DNA of 32,000 nt, taken from contig OY969425.1 in assembly GCA_963699255.1 (NCBI GenBank), forward strand, positions 1,680,001 to 1,712,000, given 5' to 3'. Positions 18,505 to 25,975 of this stretch are shown here, piece by piece. Position 1 is the first letter of the stretch; every line of letters begins with the position of its first letter. Made by a program: the position numbers and the translations under genes. Source of the DNA: an uncultured bacterium (GTDB taxonomy: Bacteria; Margulisbacteria; WOR-1; CAVSGV01). The notes beneath the pieces were generated by a model. It ran no database searches. It was not told the DNA's origin and saw only the letters and a program-made list of their open reading frames with translations.

Positions 18505-19044
18505 ATGGCTCATAGGTCAGTTAACGTCGGCGGGAAAATGTTCAATGAACACATCGAGTTCGATAGAGTGGGCGAACTTCTCCGCGATCCTTATATGCCC
18601 GCCAAAGGCTTCCCCGAGCCCAATATTTGTCCGGTCTGCAACGTTGTGTACCACAAAAAACACTGGTCATTTGACCCCAACCTGCTGGCTGAAACCAGGA
18701 AAGAAAAGAACATAAAATCCGTTAAATGCCCCGCGTGCAGAAAGATCGAAGACAAATACGCGATGGGCAAGGTTTTATTGACCGGAAGCTTTGTAGCGGA
18801 GCACATGGAGGAGCTGTTGAATGTCATTAAAAGCGAAGAAAGACGCGCAAGGGACAACAATCCTCTCGACAGGCTTATTTTTGTGGAAAAACGGGATGGC
18901 GGGATATATGCCGAGACCACGTCTGATGCACTGGCAATGAGGGTAGGGCATCATTTGAAAGAAGCCTATAAGGGCGGCGCAGAGAATTTTAAATTCAGGC
19001 GCGGGGACAAGTTCGTTGAAATAGACTGGCACAGAGATCTATAG
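18505..19044 (+). CDS. Conserved-looking hypothetical protein with a Cys4 zinc ribbon (possibly NMD3-like / BCAM0308-like; unverified)
   Basis: 179 aa. GAAGGGA SD. Two CxxC pairs (CPVC at residues 42-45, CPAC at 75-78). Follows rpsI by 12 nt on the same strand. The family assignment is from memory only. Confidence 0.6.
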   Translation: MAHRSVNVGGKMFNEHIEFDRVGELLRDPYMPAKGFPEPNICPVCNVVYHKKHWSFDPNLLAETRKEKNIKSVKCPACRKIEDKYAMGKVLLTGSFVAEHMEELLNVIKSEERRARDNNPLDRLIFVEKRDGGIYAETTSDALAMRVGHHLKEAYKGGAENFKFRRGDKFVEIDWHRDL

Positions 19045-19059
19045 AAAGGGGAGCTTAAT

Positions 19060-20205
19060 ATGGCATTAAAACAATATCTTTTGATCCCTGGACCCACACC
19101 GGTACCTCCGGAGGTTCTGTCCGCGTTGAGCCATCCGATGATAAACCACAGGAGCTCCGATTTTAAGTCGGTCCTGACCGAAGTTACGGAAGGCTTGAAA
19201 TGGGGGTATCAGACAAAGAACGATGTTTTGATCCTTACCGCTTCCGGCACGGGGGCTATGGAGGCGTCCATAGTCAATACATTATCTCCCGGAGATAAAG
19301 TACTGATAGTCAATATCGGCGCGTTCGGCTCAAGGTTCGTAAAGATCGCCAAAGCATATGGCCTTAACGTCGATGAGATTAAAGTGGAGAGGGGAAAATC
19401 AGCTGACCCGAAGCTTGTTGAACAAAAGCTGAAAGAAGACAAAAAAAAGGAAATAAAAGTGGTTGTTTTCCAGCAGAACGAGACGTCAACAGGCGTGTTA
19501 AATGACGTAAGGCGCCTCGCGGCCGCGGTCGCTGATCACGGAGCACTGTCGATCGTTGACGCGGTTTCCGGGCTTCTCACGGCTGACCTGAGAGTGGATG
19601 AATGGGGGCTTGATGTTGTCGCTGCCGGATCGCAAAAGGCTTTCATGGTGCCGCCGGGATTATCATTCGTGAGCATGTCTGAAAAAGCGTGGAAGGCTTA
19701 TGAAACGGCTAAACTGCCCAAATTTTATTTTGATCTTGGTGCGGCAAAGAAATTCGCGCAGACAGGCGAAACTCCATGGACGCCGTGTCTTACTATCGCG
19801 TTCGGTTTGCAGGTCTCGATGAGAATGCTGAAGGCCGAGGGGCTGGATAATATTTTCAAGCGGCACGAAAAACTATCGAGTGCGGTAAGAGCGGGGGTCA
19901 GAGCTTTGGGTTTTGGACTGCTTGCCGACGACAGCTGCGCTTCAAGAGCGGTCACTGCTGTCATCCCTCCGGCAGGGATTGATGCCGAGGCATTAAGGAA
20001 AGCCGTAAGGGAACAGTACGGCGTTGTTCTTGCTGGCGGCCAGGAAGACCTGAAGGGGAAAATATTCAGGATAGGACATCTAGGCTATATGGACAAAATG
20101 GATATGATCACAGCCTTCTCCGCGCTGGAGATGGTGGCCTCACAAATGGGGGCAAAGATAAAAATGGGTAGCGCGGTGGCTGCGGTTGAGGAGATGCTTA
20201 AATGA
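19060..20205 (+). CDS. Class-V (AGT/SPT family) PLP-dependent aminotransferase, probable phosphoserine aminotransferase role
   Basis: 381 aa. LIPGPTPVPPEVL N-terminus and PLP-lysine context GSQKAFMVPPG. Its stop overlaps the serA start (ATGA), which suggests a serine-pathway pairing. Confidence 0.85.
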   Translation: MALKQYLLIPGPTPVPPEVLSALSHPMINHRSSDFKSVLTEVTEGLKWGYQTKNDVLILTASGTGAMEASIVNTLSPGDKVLIVNIGAFGSRFVKIAKAYGLNVDEIKVERGKSADPKLVEQKLKEDKKKEIKVVVFQQNETSTGVLNDVRRLAAAVADHGALSIVDAVSGLLTADLRVDEWGLDVVAAGSQKAFMVPPGLSFVSMSEKAWKAYETAKLPKFYFDLGAAKKFAQTGETPWTPCLTIAFGLQVSMRMLKAEGLDNIFKRHEKLSSAVRAGVRALGFGLLADDSCASRAVTAVIPPAGIDAEALRKAVREQYGVVLAGGQEDLKGKIFRIGHLGYMDKMDMITAFSALEMVASQMGAKIKMGSAVAAVEEMLK

Positions 20206-21782
20206 AGGTTCTGGCAAGCGATAAGATCGCCGAGAGCGGATTAAAAAAGCTCAGGGATGCCGGATTTGAAGTTGACATGAAGACGGGGCTTACGGAAGAA
20301 GAGCTCGTCAAGATCATTCCGGAATATGATGCGCTTGTCGTTCGAAGTGAAACAAAAGTAACACCGAAGATCATAGAGGCCGGAAAGAAACTTAAAATAA
20401 TCGCAAGGGCCGGGGTCGGCGTGGATAACGTGGACCTTCCTTCAGCGACAAAGAAGGGGATCATTGTGGTCAATTCCCCCGAAGGCAACACGATCGCCGC
20501 GGCTGAACACACATGGGCGATGCTTCTCGCGATGTCCCGAAATATTCCCCAGGCTCAGGCATCGCTCAGGGCGGGGAAGTGGGAGAGGTCCAAATTCACC
20601 GGTGTCGAGGTTTACGGTAAAACCCTTGGTATCCTTGGACTTGGCAAGATCGGGAGCCATGTCGCCGCTTACGCTGTCGCTTTCGGAATGAAGGTCATTG
20701 CATACGATCCTTTTGTCACAAAGGAATACGCGGATAAGCTTGGCGTGGAGCTGAAGGACATGGATTCCGTGATAAAAGAGGCGGATTACATTACTCTTCA
20801 CTTGCCAAAAAATAAGGAAACCGCCAATCTGATCAACGCGGAAAAGATCAAATTGATGAAAGACGGCGTAAGGATAGTCAACTGCGCCAGAGGCGGGGTC
20901 ATAAATGAGAACGATCTGGCCGAAGCTTTAAAGTCAAAAAAAGTCGTTGCGGCGGCGATCGATGTTTATGACAAGGAACCTCCTGAGCCGACCAATCCAT
21001 TGCTTTCCATGGATAATGCTGTTACTGTTCCCCACCTTGGGGCGGCGACCATTGAAGCCCAGGTAAATGTCGCGATAGATGTCGTTGAACAGATAATCGA
21101 AGTGCTCAAGGGCGGCTCGGCTCGTGCCGCGGTCAACATACCGTCGATGAAGCCCGAAGTCCTTAAAGCCGTCGCGCCTTTCATGAAACTTGCCGAGAAG
21201 ATGGGAAAACTTGCCGGGCAGATCGCGGAAGGACCCGTTAACGACGTTAAGATAGGTTATTTCGGCGAAGTTGGGGGAAAAGATACCGCACCTCTTACCG
21301 TGGCCATTCTAAAAGGGCTGCTTGAAACCGCGATGGAAGAAGGAGTCAATTTCGTCAATGCCCCTATTGTGGCCAAAGAGCGGGGCATTAACATAACGGA
21401 GACCAAAAGCACCGAATGCTTTGATTTCGCGAATAAGATATCAATTTCGGTCGGCGGAGATGACAAAAAGAGAAAAGTTGATGGGTCATTATTCGCAACT
21501 ATTGGAGAGCGTATCGTGGGGATAGACGGATTCAGCGTTGATGCCATCCCGTCAGGATACCTGATTATCGCTTCCAATATCGACCAGCCCGGCATAATCG
21601 GGCAGGTGGGTACGGTGCTGGGAAAGAACAACGTCAATATCGCGGGAATGGAAGTGGGTCGCAATAAAGCCGGCGAGAAAGCCGTCATGCTGCTAAATAT
21701 AGACGGGCCTGTTTCAGATAAGGTCCTGAAGGAACTCGAGAAGGTAAAAGGCATACATTCCGCGAAGTTAGTTTCCTTGTAA
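20202..21782 (+). CDS. serA: D-3-phosphoglycerate dehydrogenase (long form with ASB and ACT domains)
   Basis: 526 aa. NAD-binding fold GILGLGKIGSHVA, catalytic context NCARGG...HLGA, and a C-terminal ACT-like region (PGIIGQVGTVLGKNNVNIAGMEVGR). Confidence 0.94.
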   Translation: MKVLASDKIAESGLKKLRDAGFEVDMKTGLTEEELVKIIPEYDALVVRSETKVTPKIIEAGKKLKIIARAGVGVDNVDLPSATKKGIIVVNSPEGNTIAAAEHTWAMLLAMSRNIPQAQASLRAGKWERSKFTGVEVYGKTLGILGLGKIGSHVAAYAVAFGMKVIAYDPFVTKEYADKLGVELKDMDSVIKEADYITLHLPKNKETANLINAEKIKLMKDGVRIVNCARGGVINENDLAEALKSKKVVAAAIDVYDKEPPEPTNPLLSMDNAVTVPHLGAATIEAQVNVAIDVVEQIIEVLKGGSARAAVNIPSMKPEVLKAVAPFMKLAEKMGKLAGQIAEGPVNDVKIGYFGEVGGKDTAPLTVAILKGLLETAMEEGVNFVNAPIVAKERGINITETKSTECFDFANKISISVGGDDKKRKVDGSLFATIGERIVGIDGFSVDAIPSGYLIIASNIDQPGIIGQVGTVLGKNNVNIAGMEVGRNKAGEKAVMLLNIDGPVSDKVLKELEKVKGIHSAKLVSL

Positions 21783-21844
21783 GAAGTTATTCAACTCCCC
21801 TCTCCTAAAATCCCGCACATGATGTGAATATACAGTCCTACTTT

Positions 21845-21867
21845 TTGCAGTCAGATTCTGCAATTTT
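21845..21867 (+). terminator. Weak hairpin TTGCAG-tcagatt-CTGCAA followed by TTTT, downstream of serA
   Basis: A 6-bp stem plus a T4 tract 63 nt after the serA stop. It could instead be an operator in front of the ORFan (a TATAAT lies at 21886-21891). Confidence 0.3.
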
Positions 21868-21938
21868 AGGTCATTTTTATCGATATATAATATAGAGGGG
21901 AATATTGGGGACTTTCTTATACAAGGAACAAATTTGAC

Positions 21939-23351
21939 ATGAGTGATATTACCAAAATCGATAATCACGCAAAAGGCCAAAAAGCCATGGTCATAAAACA
22001 ACTCGCAAAAGGGAAAGATGATCTTTCGCAGGTTTCTATTACTATCGATCCCGATAAGATCACGGCGGAAGAACTGAATGCACAATTTTGGCAATTAGGA
22101 ATTAATTTCATCGATCCGTGGGCCGCGAAACAGGATGCGACAAGGGTTGAAAAACCGCTTGTTATATATCCTAAATTGAATGATATTAGCAATGTCGATA
22201 ACCACGCAAAAGGTCAGAAAACCACAGTCACAAAACAACCTGTTGTCAAAAACCCTAAATCAGGATCCGTTGCGAAACATCCCGGCAGCTTGGGATCGGA
22301 TTTGAAAGATATTGGGGCGAACATTTTAGATGCTGGAAAAAACGCACTGCTGTGGCCATTAAGAAAAGCTGCTTATAGAATAAGCAGAGGGAGTGCTTGC
22401 CTGTTCGTTCCATCTAAGAGCATTTTTACAAGATTGATTTCTGGCCCCGACGAATATCATGGCGCAAATCCTTCGAAAGAAGGAGATATTTCTGTCTCCA
22501 CTCCTACTCCTAATATATTAAGGATCTGTTTATGTCTTGACCCTAACACTCTTCCAATATCAGAATACAGGCCTAAAAAAATTAGTGATGATCCCGGGCA
22601 AATTTATTATAGTATTAAATCGTGGAGCAAAATAAGAGAACTTAATAGCAAAAGCGGATCTTATGTTGATAATGGGTTTGTTTTGGGCGACAGCTTGACC
22701 GATAAAGAGCGTGATCAAATTAAGGATTTATTTGAAGACTATGAAGCATCTGAAAGAACAGCCAGTGAGTTTAAACCAAATATCACTAATGACGACATTG
22801 CAAAACTTGATATAAACAAAGATTGGAAAAGTGCTTTGCAAACACAATTGGAACTTAGGAAAAAGACATATAATTGGCCGAAGGATTTTTTGCAAAAACT
22901 ATTGCAACTAAAATCTGGAGAAATAACTTATTTAAATGAAAAGCGTTATTGGAACGATAGCTTTCATTCGTACAGCAAAACTGATCAACGCGCGCTTTTT
23001 CTTACAAAAATTAACCTGGGAAATTATTTTATGTCATTCGGAAGAGATGGGAAGGGTGTATACATGAGCATTTATGATATCTGGGATTTTAAAGTAGGAG
23101 ACGGAGGATTTTATAAGGATAAAATTGGCAACCAAAAGGACAAACTCCGAAAGAGCGGTTTAATTAATAACAAAAAGAACTGGCTGAATGATTTTATTGA
23201 AAACATGGAACCAAAGGCAATGTCTGCGATAACCAAACCCATATATATTTACGACAGATACTATTTATCAGAAAAAGAAATAAAGGATGAACTTGACCGC
23301 AGGGCGCATGAGGAAATCGTAAAAAGTCCTGTATCGGAAAAGTCAAAATAG
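21939..23351 (+). CDS. Hypothetical protein, ORFan (no recognisable domain)
   Basis: 470-aa uninterrupted ORF in an A+T-rich stretch. No signal peptide, TM segment or catalytic motif that I can see. A 20-residue motif is duplicated near the N-terminus. The SD is weak (AAGGAA 12 nt upstream), so the exact start is uncertain. Confidence 0.7.
   Translation: MSDITKIDNHAKGQKAMVIKQLAKGKDDLSQVSITIDPDKITAEELNAQFWQLGINFIDPWAAKQDATRVEKPLVIYPKLNDISNVDNHAKGQKTTVTKQPVVKNPKSGSVAKHPGSLGSDLKDIGANILDAGKNALLWPLRKAAYRISRGSACLFVPSKSIFTRLISGPDEYHGANPSKEGDISVSTPTPNILRICLCLDPNTLPISEYRPKKISDDPGQIYYSIKSWSKIRELNSKSGSYVDNGFVLGDSLTDKERDQIKDLFEDYEASERTASEFKPNITNDDIAKLDINKDWKSALQTQLELRKKTYNWPKDFLQKLLQLKSGEITYLNEKRYWNDSFHSYSKTDQRALFLTKINLGNYFMSFGRDGKGVYMSIYDIWDFKVGDGGFYKDKIGNQKDKLRKSGLINNKKNWLNDFIENMEPKAMSAITKPIYIYDRYYLSEKEIKDELDRRAHEEIVKSPVSEKSK
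21942..22001 (+). repeat. ORFan N-terminal motif, copy 1 (SDITKIDNHAKGQKAMVIKQ)
   Basis: 49/60 nt and 13/20 aa identical to copy 2, by my hand alignment. Confidence 0.85.
22179..22238 (+). repeat. ORFan N-terminal motif, copy 2 (NDISNVDNHAKGQKTTVTKQ)
   Basis: See copy 1. The copies are 237 nt apart and in the same frame. Confidence 0.85.
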
Positions 23352-23461
23352 ATTCTGAGCTCAGTGATCTTTTGCGATATAGCAACAAAGCCCTCGATTT
23401 CCTTAGTAGGCGAGCACTTACGAATCAGTAAACGTCGCAGCTCCAATAATAACAAGAAACA

Positions 23462-23507
23462 CCCCACAATAAATTGTGGGGAATATTCCACACATTTTAA
23501 TGTGTGG
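23462..23507 (+). terminator. Two tandem perfect hairpins downstream of the ORFan
   Basis: CCCCACAAT-aa-ATTGTGGGG (23462-23481) and CCACACATT-tt-AATGTGTGG (23488-23507). Only a short T-rich tail (TTATCT) follows the second, so terminator function is tentative. Confidence 0.35.
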
Positions 23508-23583
23508 TTATCTAAGAATAAGTTTGGAACCGAGGTGTTGAGCCTCAAATTCCATAGAATTGAGTAGTTACTTTGAATTTCCA

Positions 23584-23611
23584 TTGAAATCTCCTAAATT
23601 TCCCTTAAAAT
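23584..23611 (+). promoter_or_regulatory. Sigma-70-like promoter TTGAAA-16 nt-TAAAAT in front of the patatin-like gene
   Basis: -35 at 23584-23589 and -10 at 23606-23611. The ATG lies 8 nt after the -10, implying a leaderless or near-leaderless mRNA. Confidence 0.4.
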
Positions 23612-23619
23612 AGGTTCAT

Positions 23620-24459
23620 ATGGCAGATATCGTTGAAAACAGCGTAGAAAAAGTCAAAGGCATAATTAAACAGGTTCTGGGGATCCAGAAAAAGGTGGGA
23701 CTGGTCCTGGGGGGCGGGGCGGCAAGAGGCGTGGCGCACGTTGGCGTCATTAAGGTCCTCGTTGAGAACAAGATCCCGATCTATTGTATAGCCGGAACTT
23801 CTTCAGGGTCGCTCTTCGGCGCGCTTTTTGCGGGCGGCATGAATCCCTACGATATGGCTAAACAAGCGTGCCAGGCGGACTGGCTGAAGCTTGTTTCATT
23901 CAGGCTTTCCAGATCGGGGCCTGTTTCAGGAGAAGGCATAGAAAAACTCATAATCAACAACATCGGGAACAAGAACATCGAGGACATGAGGATCCCTTTG
24001 AGCATTATTGCGACGGACCTCAAAACAGGAGAGAGGGTTGTCATGACACATGGGAATGTCGCAAAAGCCGTCCACGCCAGCTCCGCGATACCGGGCGTAT
24101 TTTCACCGGTGAAGTTCCAGGACAGGTTACTGGCTGACGGGTTGGTCGTGGACAACGTGCCAGTAACAGCGGCAAAGGATATGGGCGCCGACTTTATTAT
24201 CGCGGTCGATGTCGTTCCGAACGTGATATTGGATGGGTGGGTGCCCAATATGTTCAATGTAATTGAAAGAGCTATTGACATTAATTGCAGGAGGATGTCA
24301 GAAGATCTCAAGCAAACCGCGGATATCGTTATTGATCCGGTGGATAAGAACATCTCCGCTTTATCACTGGATCGGGCAGAAGAGCTGATGAAAATGGGTG
24401 AGATCGCCGCGAACAAAGCCCTTCCCCAGATACTGGCAAAGCTTAAGATCTCAACCTAG
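23620..24459 (+). CDS. Patatin-like phospholipase (RssA-like)
   Basis: 279 aa. Oxyanion-hole motif GGGAARG, nucleophile elbow GTSSG (GxSxG) and catalytic Asp context ADGLVVDN. Confidence 0.92.
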   Translation: MADIVENSVEKVKGIIKQVLGIQKKVGLVLGGGAARGVAHVGVIKVLVENKIPIYCIAGTSSGSLFGALFAGGMNPYDMAKQACQADWLKLVSFRLSRSGPVSGEGIEKLIINNIGNKNIEDMRIPLSIIATDLKTGERVVMTHGNVAKAVHASSAIPGVFSPVKFQDRLLADGLVVDNVPVTAAKDMGADFIIAVDVVPNVILDGWVPNMFNVIERAIDINCRRMSEDLKQTADIVIDPVDKNISALSLDRAEELMKMGEIAANKALPQILAKLKIST

Positions 24460-25826
24460 TCTTTTATTCCGTAAACCTCAAGTTTTGATATAAGTGTGGT
24501 CCTGTGGATGCCGAGTGCTTTTGCTGTGCTAGTCTGGTTCCCGTCGCAGGACCGGAGCGCTTCAATTATCAGTTTCTTCTCAAAATTCTTAACAGCTTTT
24601 ATGAGAGACCCCTCATCTAAAGAAAATCTTTCAATGTTATTTGATCCTGATTTGACCAGTTCCCGGGGAATATCGGCGGCATCTATATGATCTTCTTTTG
24701 AAAGCGTAACGATCCTCTCGATCAGGTTCTCAAGTTCCCTTACATTGCCCGGCCAGGGATATTCCTGAAAAATCTTAAGGGCTTCGTCGGTTATATATTT
24801 GATGTTTTTTTTGAATTCTTTTTTGTATTTAGCGATGAAATAATTAATGAAAAGGGGGATATCCTCTATGCGATCTCTCAGTGGAGGAAGGTCTATCGGG
24901 ATCACGTTCAATCTGTAAAAAAGATCTTCCCTGAACTTTTTATCCTGAATTGCCTTTTTGACGTCTATGTTCGTGGCCGCGATAATCCTGATATCAATGG
25001 GGATCGATCTTTCCCCGCCTACGCGCTCTATCATGTTCTCCTGAACAGTACGCAGAAGCTTTGCCTGCATGTTCAGAGGCATCTCACCTATCTCATCAAG
25101 GAATATCGTGCCGCCGCCGGCCAGTTCAAATTTGCCTATATGCCGGTCCAGAGCGCCTGTAAAAGCGCCTCTCTCATGCCCGAACATCTCTGATTCAAGA
25201 AGGTTTTCCGGGATGGCGGCGCAGTTGACAACGATATAGGGCATGTTCGCGCGTTTGCTTTTTTTGTGGATAGTCTCCGCCACTATCTCCTTGCCTGTTC
25301 CGGACTCACCGGTAATAAAGACCGTGCTGTCGGTGCCGGCAATGTTTTCGATGATGTCGTAGATCTTGCGTATTTTTTCATTCTTCCCGATAAGTTCTCC
25401 CAGGGACGCTCTCTCATCAAGGGCTTGTTTCAAATAAAGGTTTTCCATTATGATCTTTCTTCTCTCAAGGGCTTTTCTTATCGTTGAGAGCAGGTCCTCG
25501 ACTTCAAATGGTTTTATGATGTAATCGAATGCCCCGAATTTAAGACAGTCAACAGCGGGTTTCACTTCTTTTGATGCGGTCACCATTATCACATCCAATG
25601 AGCCATCTATCTCTTTTATCTTTTTTAATGCTTCTATCCCGTTCATTTCGGGCATTATCACGTCAAGTATGACCAGATCAAAATGTTCTTCAGAAGCTTT
25701 TCTTATGGCGTCAGATCCCCTTGTAGCGGTTGTCAGATTAAAGTCGTTCTTTAATAAGTTTTTGTATAGCAGTAAAATATCTTCTTCATCATCAACTACT
25801 AAGATGCTGGGCTTGATATTTTCCAT
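24456..25826 (-). CDS. Sigma-54-dependent response regulator (NtrC family: REC, AAA+, Fis-type HTH)
   Basis: REC domain (VVDDEE...[10 protein letters not shown]), AAA+ Walker A GESGTGKE, sigma-54 contact loop GAFTGA, C-terminal [20 protein letters not shown]. The ATG at 25826 lies 5 nt after a GAGGTGA SD. The ORF-track alternative is GTG at 25835. Confidence 0.93.
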   Translation of the reverse strand: MENIKPSILVVDDEEDILLLYKNLLKNDFNLTTATRGSDAIRKASEEHFDLVILDVIMPEMNGIEALKKIKEIDGSLDVIMVTASKEVKPAVDCLKFGAFDYIIKPFEVEDLLSTIRKALERRKIIMENLYLKQALDERASLGELIGKNEKIRKIYDIIENIAGTDSTVFITGESGTGKEIVAETIHKKSKRANMPYIVVNCAAIPENLLESEMFGHERGAFTGALDRHIGKFELAGGGTIFLDEIGEMPLNMQAKLLRTVQENMIERVGGERSIPIDIRIIAATNIDVKKAIQDKKFREDLFYRLNVIPIDLPPLRDRIEDIPLFINYFIAKYKKEFKKNIKYITDEALKIFQEYPWPGNVRELENLIERIVTLSKEDHIDAADIPRELVKSGSNNIERFSLDEGSLIKAVKNFEKKLIIEALRSCDGNQTSTAKALGIHRTTLISKLEVYGIKD

Positions 25827-25857
25827 CCAAATCACCTCGATCGTAAAAGTAGCAATT

Positions 25858-25866
25858 ATTATACCA
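25858..25866 (-). promoter_or_regulatory. Extended -10 element TGGTATAAT upstream of the sigma-54 activator gene
   Basis: Minus-strand reading of 25866-25858. A ~25-nt leader follows, containing the GAGGTGA SD. Confidence 0.4.
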
Positions 25867-25942
25867 AAATGGGAGGCTAAAAAACAGCTATATTACAGTA
25901 AAATCTTGAGGATGCTTGCAAAAATTGTTGTAGGGGTAGTGT

Positions 25943-25966
25943 TTTTCGACATGGCATTGTCGAAAA
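25943..25966 (-). other. Inverted repeat TTTTCGACA-N6-TGTCGAAAA, 10 nt downstream of the REC-KaiC-like gene stop
   Basis: Perfect 9-bp arms read directly. There is no U-tract on the minus strand, so it is either a weak terminator or a protein-binding site. Confidence 0.3.
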
Positions 25967-25975
25967 GCGCTACAA

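Noticed and set aside
23364-23567. A 67-aa plus-strand ORF, together with the 107-aa minus-strand ORF at 23261-23584, in the ORFan-patatin spacer.
   Set aside because: Neither has an SD. Both read straight through the two perfect hairpins, their composition is low-complexity, and the minus ORF overlaps the ORFan 3' end. They are more likely non-coding.
23352-23619. Possible tRNA gene or tRNA-derived att site marking an integration boundary of the A+T-rich island.
   Set aside because: I scanned both strands by eye and found no T-loop (GTTCRANYC) with a matching acceptor stem. I also saw no direct repeat of this spacer in 21783-21938 and no integrase gene. A tRNAscan/Aragorn run would settle it.
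23620-24459. The patatin-like phospholipase as a CBASS (CapV-like) effector.
   Set aside because: No CD-NTase/cyclase, E1/E2/JAB or other CBASS partner is adjacent. The upstream ORFan shows no nucleotidyltransferase motif that I can see, and the gene has its own promoter. A housekeeping RssA-like lipase is the simpler reading.
25851-25866. A sigma-54-like match TGGTATAATAATTGCT on the minus strand upstream of the EBP gene, with correct GG..GC spacing.
   Set aside because: The same bases form an extended -10 sigma-70 element (TGGTATAAT) with a sensible leader and SD. The -24 half (TGGTAT) is weaker than the recO-side site. I treat it as sigma-70, with the sigma-54 resemblance probably a by-product of the TATAAT.
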